A stretch of 64,000 bases of DNA, taken from assembly GCA_965237525.1 (NCBI GenBank), contig CBDEFO010000007.1, forward strand, positions 256,001-320,000, in the 5' to 3' direction. The stretch is from Candidatus Latescibacterota bacterium (GTDB taxonomy: Bacteria; Latescibacterota; CBDEFO01). Shown here in pieces: positions 1 to 9,072 of the stretch. The notes beneath the pieces are model-generated. The model was given only the letters and a program-made list of their open reading frames with translations, did not search any database and was not told the DNA's origin. The position numbers and the translations under genes are program-made. How positions within the stretch are numbered: the stretch's first letter is position 1; each line of letters opens with the position of its first letter.

Positions 1-675
1 ACAGCTGATCTTGATCAGATAAAGGCCTGGCTGGGATACAGAGCCATAGATGGTGTGACAACTAACCCTTCGATTATGCTTAAGAAAGGCATCTTTGACC
101 TTGAAGCCGGAGCAAAGGAGATAGCCCGGGTTATGGATCAACTCCCTGTCTCAGTGGAGGTCACGAGCAATGATCCTGAGGAGATGCTGGATCAGGCGAG
201 GGAGATTTCCCAGTGGGCGCTAAATATCGTAGTGAAGATCCCGATCATAAACGAAAATGGGAGGCCCTGCCTGGACGTTATCGGGACACTGGAGGATGAG
301 GGGATAAGAGTCAATGTCACGGCCTGTTTGTCCTACGGTCAGGCTATATTGGCGGCAAAGGTCGGAGCTACATATGTGAGTATCTTCGCAGGGCGGGTAT
401 CCGACGAGGGTCACGACGCCTCCAAACTCATCAGGATGGTGAGGGACTGGATAGACGACTGGGGATATAAAGCAAAGATCATAGTCGGGAGCATACGGGA
501 GGTCATCAACATTCAGGACGCCGCTGCTGCTGGAGCTCACGTGATAACTGTACCACCTGAGTTTATGCATAAGTTAGTAGATCATAAGTTGTCGAGGGCC
601 ACGGTGCAGGCCTTTGTCGAGGATGGTCAGAAGGCTCTTGCTATGATGATTGAGCAGATGGTCTCGAAACAGTAG
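1..675 (+). CDS. Transaldolase / fructose-6-phosphate aldolase family protein (5' end outside window)
   Basis: Frame open from base 1 (TADLDQI..DGVTTNPS); motifs VVKIP, VNVT, YVSIFAGR, GSIR, HVITVPP. Confidence 0.9.
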   Translation, partial: TADLDQIKAWLGYRAIDGVTTNPSIMLKKGIFDLEAGAKEIARVMDQLPVSVEVTSNDPEEMLDQAREISQWALNIVVKIPIINENGRPCLDVIGTLEDEGIRVNVTACLSYGQAILAAKVGATYVSIFAGRVSDEGHDASKLIRMVRDWIDDWGYKAKIIVGSIREVINIQDAAAAGAHVITVPPEFMHKLVDHKLSRATVQAFVEDGQKALAMMIEQMVSKQ

Positions 676-731
676 ACTGTATACAGTAGGCAGAAGACAG
701 GGCACCCCACCTATCCCTGTATGCTGTCTAC
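671..731. repeat. Family B element (AGTAGAC heptads..AGGGCA..CTGTATGCTGTCTAC)
   Basis: Related copies at about 12625-12655, 17331-17426, 27944-28017, 43934-44020, 46877-46919, 48995-49030, 49107-49154, 51444-51521 and 52789-52860. Confidence 0.75.
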
Positions 732-754
732 CTATTTAGTGGAGTGTCGAAGCG

Positions 755-1921
755 TTGGAATTGGTGTTCCTTCTTTCCCTTGCGACTGTGGTCTACGTAT
801 ATCTTGGTTATCCTTTCGCACTGATGGTTATAAGAGCCGTAAAGGGTAAGAAGCCCCCGATTGAATCTATCGGGGGTAAAAAGGATGATGTTACTCCTTC
901 GGTATCTTTAGTTATCTCTGCTCATAATGAACAAGAGGTTATTGGGAAGAAGATTGAAAATAGCCTCCTTTTAGACTATCCACGGGATAAATTGGAAATT
1001 GTGGTGGCTTCCGACTGTTCCTCCGATAGAACGAATGAGATCGTCCGAAGCTATTCGGATCAAGGGGTAATTCTGAATATTATTCCTCAAAGAGGAGGCA
1101 AAACCGTAGCCCAAAACGAGACTGTTCCTCTAACCGAGGGCGAAATCGTTATCTTCTCAGACGCCGATTCGATCTTTGAGAGGGATGTCATCTTAAGGCT
1201 CGCAACAAATTTCAGCGATCCAGAGGTAGGTGCCGTCTCGGGTCGGCTCCTCTATACCAATTCAAACGAATCGGCCATGAGTTCAGGAGAGAGCCTCTAC
1301 TGGAAGTACGAAAATTTGCTGAGGCGGTTGGAAAGCGATATAGGATCGTGCATCATGGCAAATGCAGCGATCTTTGCTATACGGCGTGAGTTTTACAGGC
1401 ATCTCGACCCGGGGTTTTCAGAGGATTTTGTGCTCCCTCTTTGGATATCTGCCGATGGCGCAAAGTCCCTGTTCGATCCGGAGGCTGTGTGTTTTGAAAG
1501 GACGGCTGTTACCCCAAAGGATGAGTCGTCCATGAGGATCAGGACCGCTCATGGGGATTCCTACGGTCTTTTCAAGTTGAAGTGCATGTTGTCGCCATTT
1601 CGACCCCTTTTGGCTTTTCAATCTATTTCCCATAAACTCCTGCGCTGGGCTGTGGGATTCTTTCTGATCTTGGCTTTCATCTCCAACGCCTTCCTTCTTC
1701 ACTCTTTCCCTTTGCTTCTTTATAAAATTACCTTCCTTTTGCAGTCTTTATTCTACCTGGCGGCTCTTGCCGGACTGATTCTGAACAGAAAAGGCAAAAA
1801 AATGCGCCTGTTCTACCTGCCCTATTATTTCTGCGTGGTCAATACAGCTGCGGTGATAGGCTTGATGAAAAGCATTCTGGGAGTACCGTACGTGACTATA
1901 TGGGAACAGAGATTAAGGTAG
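755..1921 (+). CDS. GT2 family glycosyltransferase, membrane-anchored
   Basis: N-terminal TM, SVSLVISAHNE, VASDCSSDRT, RGGK, IFSDAD, ED motif, C-terminal TMs. Confidence 0.9.
   Translation: MELVFLLSLATVVYVYLGYPFALMVIRAVKGKKPPIESIGGKKDDVTPSVSLVISAHNEQEVIGKKIENSLLLDYPRDKLEIVVASDCSSDRTNEIVRSYSDQGVILNIIPQRGGKTVAQNETVPLTEGEIVIFSDADSIFERDVILRLATNFSDPEVGAVSGRLLYTNSNESAMSSGESLYWKYENLLRRLESDIGSCIMANAAIFAIRREFYRHLDPGFSEDFVLPLWISADGAKSLFDPEAVCFERTAVTPKDESSMRIRTAHGDSYGLFKLKCMLSPFRPLLAFQSISHKLLRWAVGFFLILAFISNAFLLHSFPLLLYKITFLLQSLFYLAALAGLILNRKGKKMRLFYLPYYFCVVNTAAVIGLMKSILGVPYVTIWEQRLR
855..875. repeat. Family A 21-bp hairpin element, in frame in the GT2 gene
   Basis: CCCCGATTGAATCTATCGGGG, read as PPIESIGG. 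Confidence 0.85.
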
Positions 1922-1930
1922 GAGCTACAA

Positions 1931-2755
1931 ATGCGTCTCAAGGATAGGGTAGCTATCGTAACGGGAGGGGGCAGAGGAATCGGCAGCAGCATCTGTCTTG
2001 CCTTTGCGAGAGAAGGGGCATTCATCGTTGTGGCCGCCCGCACGAGCGCGAAGATCCAAGGGATATCGGCTGAAATTGAGATGCTGGGAGGACAAGCTCT
2101 TGCCCTGAAGACGGACGTATCTCAGAGGGAAGATGTGGGAAATATGGTGGATCGGACGATCCGAGAATTCGGAAAAGTGGATATATTAGTAAACAACGCA
2201 GGAGTCCAAGGACCCATCGGGGCTACGGTAGACACAGATATAGACTGTTGGATTGAAACTGTAAAGATCAATCTCATCGGATCGTATCTGTGTTCCAAGG
2301 CTGTTCTACCGTATATGATAAAGCAGAAAAGAGGAAAGATAATAAATCTTTCAGGAGGTGGATCCGTATCTCCAAGACCATTTTTTTCGGCATACGGCGT
2401 GTCCAAAGCTGCGCTCGTGCGATTTACTGAGACCTTGGCGGAAGAAGTTAAAGAGTTTAACATAGGTGTAAACGCCATAGCACCGGGCGCCATAAATACC
2501 AGTATGCTCGAGGAGGTACTGGAAGCAGGAGAGTCTGCTGGAGAGAAAGCTCTTGCTCAGGCACGAAGGCAGAAGGAGAGTGGGGGTGTTGCGGTGGAAA
2601 GACCGGCGGCCTTAGCCCTATTTTTGGCTTCAGATGAGTCGAACGGCCTGACCGGCAGGTTAATAAGCAGTGTCTATGACGATTGGGAGTCTATGAATAT
2701 CGCCCAGGTTATGTCGTCCGAACTGTATACAGTGCGCAGGATCGATCGGATATGA
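1931..2755 (+). CDS. Short-chain dehydrogenase/reductase (SDR)
   Basis: TGGGRGIG, NNAG, YGVSK catalytic motif, APG. Confidence 0.92.
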   Translation: MRLKDRVAIVTGGGRGIGSSICLAFAREGAFIVVAARTSAKIQGISAEIEMLGGQALALKTDVSQREDVGNMVDRTIREFGKVDILVNNAGVQGPIGATVDTDIDCWIETVKINLIGSYLCSKAVLPYMIKQKRGKIINLSGGGSVSPRPFFSAYGVSKAALVRFTETLAEEVKEFNIGVNAIAPGAINTSMLEEVLEAGESAGEKALAQARRQKESGGVAVERPAALALFLASDESNGLTGRLISSVYDDWESMNIAQVMSSELYTVRRIDRI

Positions 2756-3756
2756 AAATAGGTTTAGTAGGCGCGGGCGCTATAGGGCGAAGAAGAGCGG
2801 AGGTGGTCGGGGAGGATGAATCCACACAGATGGAAATCGTGGCTGATGTAGACGAGGAGAGGGCAAGGGAACTGGCCCAAAGGGTACGATGCAAATGGAC
2901 GACCGATCCTGTGGAAGTCGTAAACTGCGATGACGTGGATGCGGTGATTGTATCTGCCACGCCCAAATTTCTTTCTTTAATAAGTATAGCGGCTATGGAA
3001 AATGGTAAGCATGTCCTCTGTGAAAAGCCTCTGGGGAGGAACTCGAAGGAAGTCAAAGAGATGTGGGACGCAGCCTGTACAAACGGTGTGAGGCTCAAAT
3101 CGGGCTTCAATCACCGCTATCATCCGGGAATCCTTAAGGCCAGAGAATTGTTCGAGATGGGCGTTATCGGGGAGTTGAATTTTGTCCGCTGTCGCTACGG
3201 GCACGGAGGCAGACCAGGCTACGAGAGGGAATGGAGGGCAGACCCACAGATATCCGGAGGAGGCGAGTTGATAGATCAGGGGGTGCACGCTTTAGATCTC
3301 TTCCGCTGGTTTATGGGAGAGTTTAGCCAGGTTACAGGATTTATAAGCACCAGATTCTGGGACATCAGTCCCCTGGAGGACAACGCCTTCGCTCTCCTCA
3401 AGACGGATAGAGACCAGATAGCTTCGCTCCATGCAAGTTGGACGCAGTGGAAGAATATCTTCTCGTTTGAGATCTTCGGCGAGGATGGATATGTGATAGT
3501 AGACGGTTTAGGTGGCAACTACGGTAGGGAGAAAGCGACGCTCGGTATAAGGTCAAAGTCCTCCGATCCTCCAGAAGAGGAGGTCTTCGAGCTTGAAGGG
3601 CCCGACAGATCGTTTAGCTTGGAGTGGGAGGAGTTTGTGACGGCCATAAGGGATGATCGACGGATGTTAGCTGACGGATACGACGGTTGGCAGGCTATGA
3701 GAATGGTGGACGCTGTATATGAGTCTGCAAAGAATGGGTGTGTGGTGGAATTGTAG
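2752..3756 (+). CDS. Gfo/Idh/MocA family oxidoreductase
   Basis: Start taken at ATG 2752 (ATGA overlap with the SDR stop); GAGAIG, HVLCEKP, GGGELIDQGVH. Confidence 0.9.
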   Translation: MKIGLVGAGAIGRRRAEVVGEDESTQMEIVADVDEERARELAQRVRCKWTTDPVEVVNCDDVDAVIVSATPKFLSLISIAAMENGKHVLCEKPLGRNSKEVKEMWDAACTNGVRLKSGFNHRYHPGILKARELFEMGVIGELNFVRCRYGHGGRPGYEREWRADPQISGGGELIDQGVHALDLFRWFMGEFSQVTGFISTRFWDISPLEDNAFALLKTDRDQIASLHASWTQWKNIFSFEIFGEDGYVIVDGLGGNYGREKATLGIRSKSSDPPEEEVFELEGPDRSFSLEWEEFVTAIRDDRRMLADGYDGWQAMRMVDAVYESAKNGCVVEL

Positions 3757-3932
3757 GCAATATGTGTTGGTTGGCTCTTGCCTTGAGTTGTTGGGAGGCG
3801 GCGTGTCCGCTTTGCTGGGGAGCCAGCAAAGCACGAAGTGGGCAAAGCAATATCAACTTTTGTCGTTGATTTTGCTTGGAGGTTTGCCCCCGATTAGATC
3901 GGGGGTCACAATGTCCCTGAAACACGAAAGGT

Positions 3933-4943
3933 ATGTCAAACATGGAGTGGGTAGTATGCAATCTCTGCGGGAGCGACGAAAATAGGGTCGTATTTCAGGA
4001 GTTTGGATTGAATAACGTAAAGTGTCGCAAGTGTGGATTGGTCTATGTGAATCCCAGGCTCAGCCAGGAAGAACTCGACAACTTCTACCAGGGGGAGTTC
4101 TACAGCAAAGGCAAAGCAAGCCCGGAGCAAATGGCCGAAGTGTTCCCGGATTCGGAAAGGTTCGGCGTAGATAGAGAGGAATTAGCCTCTCAACTGGTGA
4201 GAATGTATACGACTTGCAAGCACGACCAAGAGAAGCGCACAGACGTTGATCTCCTTAAGATGCACGAGTTTGCGAAAATGCGAATGCTGTTAAAAGAAAT
4301 AAGTAGATACCAGCCGCGGGGCAGGTTCTTGGACATAGGATGCGGCTATGGATACCTCTTGAAGTTCGCTAAAGAAGAATATGGATATGAAACTTACGGG
4401 ATCGAGCCCAACGAACAGTTGGCAGAGACGTGCAGGGAGTCCAGAGGTCTGCCGAACATCTTTCACGGAACCTTACATGAGGCCGATTATGAGAGCGGAT
4501 ACTTTGACGTGGTGACCGTGACAGACGTACTTGAACATCTTCCTGATCCCAGTGCAGCGTTGAACGAAATTAACAGATTATTGGCGTCGGGAGGGATGCT
4601 CTTGATCAAAGTTCCCAACGCCGATTACCAGCTCCTGAAGGCCAATCTGATAACTAAGCTGGGACTGAAAAAGATGATGGAATCGATGATAGCGTTCTCA
4701 TGTCTTTTGATGCCGCAAGAACATATCTACAATTACTCCCAGAGGACCTTGCGGAAATATCTGAGAAAGGCCGGATTTGAGCAGTTAAAGCTGATTGTCC
4801 TTCCGAGCCGACTTACGGGTTTAAGTTGGATACGGGATTCTTTCCACAGACTCTACCATACGTTTGCTAGGCTTCTTTACCGTCTCAGCTTCGGCAGGCT
4901 CAATCTCTGCGTCTGGCTGGTTGTGCTGGCCCAGAAGAAGTAG
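3933..4943 (+). CDS. Class I SAM-dependent methyltransferase with N-terminal Cys motifs
   Basis: CNLCG..CRKCG, LDIGCGYG, DVLEHLPDP. Confidence 0.88.
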   Translation: MSNMEWVVCNLCGSDENRVVFQEFGLNNVKCRKCGLVYVNPRLSQEELDNFYQGEFYSKGKASPEQMAEVFPDSERFGVDREELASQLVRMYTTCKHDQEKRTDVDLLKMHEFAKMRMLLKEISRYQPRGRFLDIGCGYGYLLKFAKEEYGYETYGIEPNEQLAETCRESRGLPNIFHGTLHEADYESGYFDVVTVTDVLEHLPDPSAALNEINRLLASGGMLLIKVPNADYQLLKANLITKLGLKKMMESMIAFSCLLMPQEHIYNYSQRTLRKYLRKAGFEQLKLIVLPSRLTGLSWIRDSFHRLYHTFARLLYRLSFGRLNLCVWLVVLAQKK

Positions 4944-5011
4944 AGCCCCTCTGAAATATCTCGCTTCACCAACACAATCTGTCCTGTCTGAAAACTCACC
5001 GTCTCCTCACT

Positions 5012-7438
5012 ATGATAAAATACGTCCTATATTGTATCGTTGGCGTCTTGGCTCTGTGTCTTGGGATGTCCGAAGGAGGTGCCGAAGACCTTTTGCCAAT
5101 TGGGTCAGGAGGTTCTCTAGTCCGTAACGGGGACTGCGAGTTGGACAGTGACGGCGACGGCTTCCCGGACGGCTGGCATCATTCGGATCGAAAGTACAGC
5201 CCGAAAACCACTGAGGGCTGGGACTACCTAAACATGATCAATAATTCGGCAGATTACAGGTGGGAGGAGGGAGGATATAGAAGCAAAGAGTGTCTGTCAC
5301 TGGAGGTGGAATCAAAGATCTATTGGGGAGAGTGGGACGTAGAGGTTTCCGATGTTCAGCCTCATACCGACTATACACTTTCGTTCTGGTACTATCAGCC
5401 CGAACGCTTCGGTCTTCAGGTTTTGATCTTTGGACGGGACATCTACGTCAAGAGGGCGAGGGATTTTCGCCAGTGGATGTACTATAGCACTGTCGTAAAT
5501 TCTGGGGATTATTCCGGCGATTCGGTGATCGGATTTTTAGTTGAATATCCCAAGCAAAAGACAAAGGTGTTCATAGATAATGTGGAACTTTACAAAGGGC
5601 CGATAGAGCGTCCTGATGACAGGTGGAACTTTGGGAGCTTCATAGGTCGAAATGAAGCGAGGCTCACCTATTTCACATATGACAGAGGTTATATCTCCCC
5701 CGATATAGTGGCCCCCCTTTCCTTCGGATTGAGCTTACACTTTGTGGATCGAATGCCTCCCTCATTAACGGTAAATTTGCATCTGCCGTTGGAAGTGGAA
5801 GTTGTCGGATACGGAGCAAAATATTGGTCGAGCATCAAGGATTGGACCCGTCTGGAAAGGACTCCCATAGATCGGGACGGAAAGCCTTATACAAGATATT
5901 CCATAATTTATCCTGTGAACCGAAACGTCTTTACTCATCCGACGCATCCGGGTTTAAAGCCGATTGTATGGTATCTTGAGACGAACCTTGAGGAGGGAGA
6001 AATTGAAGCCTACTTTTCGCTCGAGTGGGATGGGGGCAGGCAAAAGGAGCAGCGACTGCCTTTGAGGATAATCAGGATCCCGAAAGCACCTCCTTTAAAG
6101 AGGCTCAGGATCATGGAGGATATATCGCCGGAGAATCTGTCGGATTGGCCCCGTCTGTTGACAGCTTTGCAGCGGATCGGCGTGAATCTGGTGATGTATA
6201 ATCCGCGCTGGACTCAAAGTTCTCCCTCTGATGATCGTATAAAAGCTGATGTAGAGAGGATTAAAGGAGCCGGATTTGGGATCGGCACTTGGTTGGATCT
6301 CGGGAGTGCGTACAGTTCGGACAGGGATTCGTGGGCTGTCAGTTTGGAGGGAGAGCCGATTACTCCCGATAGGACGCCTGTGTGTTTCACGGATAGAGGT
6401 CTGGCTTTCAAGGAGGCGTTGAGAATAGGCGAAAGGATAGTTGATTCGGGAATAAGGTTTATCTTTATGGACGATGAGGGAAAACCGTCGTGCTTCTGCG
6501 ATGCGTGTGTGGCAAGCTTCAAAGAGTACATGACCGAAATGGACATTGAATACGTAGAGCCCGTGAGTTTTGAAAGAAAGCCCAAGGATCATCCGGATCT
6601 GCACAGATTGTGGATGGATTTCGGCAGGTGGTCCTGTGCCCGGGCTGTGAGAGATTTCCGTCTGGAGCTTTCGAATTATATGGACGCCAGAGGTATCCTG
6701 GACAAACACTTGGAGATTCTGGACGGCGGGATGGCTATCCTTCCGTACGGTAGCATCAAGGACGGGAATTTGTCGCATCCATCCAGCGATTCCAAGGTTG
6801 TAAACAGCTTTGGAGAGGCGTTTGATTTCTATGGCGAGCAGTTGTATATAAATTGCTACGACACGTGGCTTAACGGATCTCCGAAGATGGCTGGAGACAG
6901 GCAGTCCCTCCTGACTTCGGTTTTTGGAGCCATCGGCCAGTTCTTCCCCCTTGCAAGCGCGGGCCTTACGTATATGGACCCGATGAACGACTTTCAGCCG
7001 CATAAAGTGATGAAGTATCAGCTTATGGAGATCCTGTCCGCCGGTGTGCGGGGGCTCTATGTCTATCCGTTTATGGACATAGACCCTATGGACATGATGT
7101 ATATAGCTCAGGTTGTGAATATGATCTCACCTGTAGAAGATATCGTATTCAACGGACTTCCGGAAAATATAGCGGATGTTTCTGACAGGAGTGTAAGTGC
7201 GCGCGCGCTTTTGTGGGGCGATGAGGCGTTAGTTTTGGTTTCCGATTACAGCACTATGGATGACACAGAAAAAGAAGTCACAGTCGTATGCCGCATGCAC
7301 AGCAGGTCTAATATAATAGATCTGGAAAGTGGGGATAAGATTTTGCCATTTTCTACCAGTCCTCTGACCTTCAAGGTCTTGCTGGGCAAAGAACGAGCCA
7401 GGATGTTCTATGTGGGACCAAGAGAGTTGCTGAGATAG
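5012..7438 (+). CDS. Exported hypothetical protein; possible carbohydrate-binding module plus glycoside-hydrolase-like barrel
   Basis: Signal peptide; LVRNGDCE..DGFPDGW..FIDNVEL resembles CBM4/9-like modules; later MDDE and CFCDAC. Function is inference. Confidence 0.55.
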   Translation: MIKYVLYCIVGVLALCLGMSEGGAEDLLPIGSGGSLVRNGDCELDSDGDGFPDGWHHSDRKYSPKTTEGWDYLNMINNSADYRWEEGGYRSKECLSLEVESKIYWGEWDVEVSDVQPHTDYTLSFWYYQPERFGLQVLIFGRDIYVKRARDFRQWMYYSTVVNSGDYSGDSVIGFLVEYPKQKTKVFIDNVELYKGPIERPDDRWNFGSFIGRNEARLTYFTYDRGYISPDIVAPLSFGLSLHFVDRMPPSLTVNLHLPLEVEVVGYGAKYWSSIKDWTRLERTPIDRDGKPYTRYSIIYPVNRNVFTHPTHPGLKPIVWYLETNLEEGEIEAYFSLEWDGGRQKEQRLPLRIIRIPKAPPLKRLRIMEDISPENLSDWPRLLTALQRIGVNLVMYNPRWTQSSPSDDRIKADVERIKGAGFGIGTWLDLGSAYSSDRDSWAVSLEGEPITPDRTPVCFTDRGLAFKEALRIGERIVDSGIRFIFMDDEGKPSCFCDACVASFKEYMTEMDIEYVEPVSFERKPKDHPDLHRLWMDFGRWSCARAVRDFRLELSNYMDARGILDKHLEILDGGMAILPYGSIKDGNLSHPSSDSKVVNSFGEAFDFYGEQLYINCYDTWLNGSPKMAGDRQSLLTSVFGAIGQFFPLASAGLTYMDPMNDFQPHKVMKYQLMEILSAGVRGLYVYPFMDIDPMDMMYIAQVVNMISPVEDIVFNGLPENIADVSDRSVSARALLWGDEALVLVSDYSTMDDTEKEVTVVCRMHSRSNIIDLESGDKILPFSTSPLTFKVLLGKERARMFYVGPRELLR

Positions 7439-7704
7439 CAAACACTCTGATTTGGAAAGGTAAAGTTCAAGTTCTCTAGAAGAGATAACAATTTGCCCGA
7501 ACGTACGTATTCGTAGTGATGACCACTTAGTCGCTTGTGTCTCCACTCCCTGATAATACACGCGGTGCCATGGTACCCTGCCCTCTACATTTAATTCAAG
7601 TTGCCTATTTCAAGGCCCCGTAGGTCGAACCCATGTGGGGGCAGTGGGGAGGGAGGTGTGGCAGCAAGCCACGACGTGCCTGAAGAACTCTTTGGGGAAA
7701 ACAG

Positions 7705-9000
7705 ATGTGGATACTATACGATCTTATCTTTCTTCTTGTTTTGATCTTAGCCTTGCCGTATATCCTGCTGATGGCGCTTTTAGGTCGAGAGAGGATGGCA
7801 GAAAGGCTGGGGTTAAAGTTGCCAACGGATATAGATGGGTTGTCCGATAAGAAGCTTATATGGGTACACGCGGCGTCTGTGGGCGAAATATCGGCTGCAA
7901 CTGCACTTGTAAGTGAGATAAAGAAGGTTCGTCCCGAATTGTACGTTGTAGTCTCTACGACTACGACGACGGGTCTTTATAGGGCAAAAGAGATAGTGTA
8001 TGGGGGAGACCTTTTCATGGTCGCCCCTTTTGACTTTTCCCCCATAGTCAACCGCGTCGTATACAGGTTAAGGCCAATGGCTCTGGTCATTATAGAGACT
8101 GAGATATGGCCCAATTTGATAAGGGCAGCTAAAAGGAGAGGATCTCAGGTCGCTATAGTTAGCGGCAGGTTGTCCCGGAAGGGATTCTTGCGGTACAGGA
8201 TAGCCGGAGGATGGTTTTCAAAGATACTGGCTTTGATAGACCTAGTCTGCGTTCAGTCGGAAGGGGACAAGGAGAGATTCGCCGCTCTGGGCGCGGATCA
8301 AAAGAGGATCAAGCTTACGGGCAATCTGAAGATAGATAGCCTGAAAGTAACATCAGATGCGAGAGGAAAAAAGTGCATCAGGGAAGCTTTCGGGTTTTCG
8401 GAAGATGGGAAAGTGTTGATAGCTGGCAGCACGAGACGGGGCGAGGAAGATATTATAGTGCGGGTCTTTGAGAAACTTTGCCGCCGATTCGACGATCTGT
8501 CCTTGATAATTGCTCCTCGCCATCTGGATAGGTTGAAAGAGGTTGAAGAAATAGTTCAAACATACAACCTTCCTTACCTAAGGTGGGCCGACGTGGTGCG
8601 GTCACTTTGTGTTGAAGGAAGTAACTCTCATGCGAAATATAGCGTTATAATTCTAGATACAGTGGGAGAGCTTGCGTCCGTGTACCGGTTGGCGGATGTG
8701 GCATTTGTAGGAGGAAGTCTGATGCCACTTGGGGGGCATAACCCGTTAGAGCCAGCGGCTGTGGGCATTCCTACCATATTCGGGAAGTACATGGAGCAGG
8801 AGGGAGCATCTATGCTTCTTGAGAGCGGAGCAGCGCTGAAGGTAGAGGATGAAGATGAACTCCTGATAGCCTTGGAGCGTCTCTTCGAGGATGAGGAAGA
8901 GCGGGAAAGGAGAGGAAGAGCCGGGATAGATGCCATTTCAAAAGCGCAGGGCGTCGCCCAAAGGACACTGGAACTTTTAGTGGCAAGAGGGATAATATAA
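7705..9000 (+). CDS. waaA: 3-deoxy-D-manno-octulosonic acid (Kdo) transferase
   Basis: IWVHAASVGE, IIETEIWPNL, GNLK, AGST, APRH, FVGGSL..GGHNPLEPA. Confidence 0.95.
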   Translation: MWILYDLIFLLVLILALPYILLMALLGRERMAERLGLKLPTDIDGLSDKKLIWVHAASVGEISAATALVSEIKKVRPELYVVVSTTTTTGLYRAKEIVYGGDLFMVAPFDFSPIVNRVVYRLRPMALVIIETEIWPNLIRAAKRRGSQVAIVSGRLSRKGFLRYRIAGGWFSKILALIDLVCVQSEGDKERFAALGADQKRIKLTGNLKIDSLKVTSDARGKKCIREAFGFSEDGKVLIAGSTRRGEEDIIVRVFEKLCRRFDDLSLIIAPRHLDRLKEVEEIVQTYNLPYLRWADVVRSLCVEGSNSHAKYSVIILDTVGELASVYRLADVAFVGGSLMPLGGHNPLEPAAVGIPTIFGKYMEQEGASMLLESGAALKVEDEDELLIALERLFEDEEERERRGRAGIDAISKAQGVAQRTLELLVARGII

Positions 9001-9072
9001 CGTAGACACCTTACGTGTTGCGGGCTTTATCAGCAGCAACAACTGCGTTATACTAATCCCATATTGGGAGCT

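Noticed and set aside
6095..7003. 302-aa antisense ORF and other shadow ORFs (e.g. 21678-22340, 36561-37274, 54760-55479)
   Set aside because: They lie opposite well-supported genes and show no recognisable motifs.
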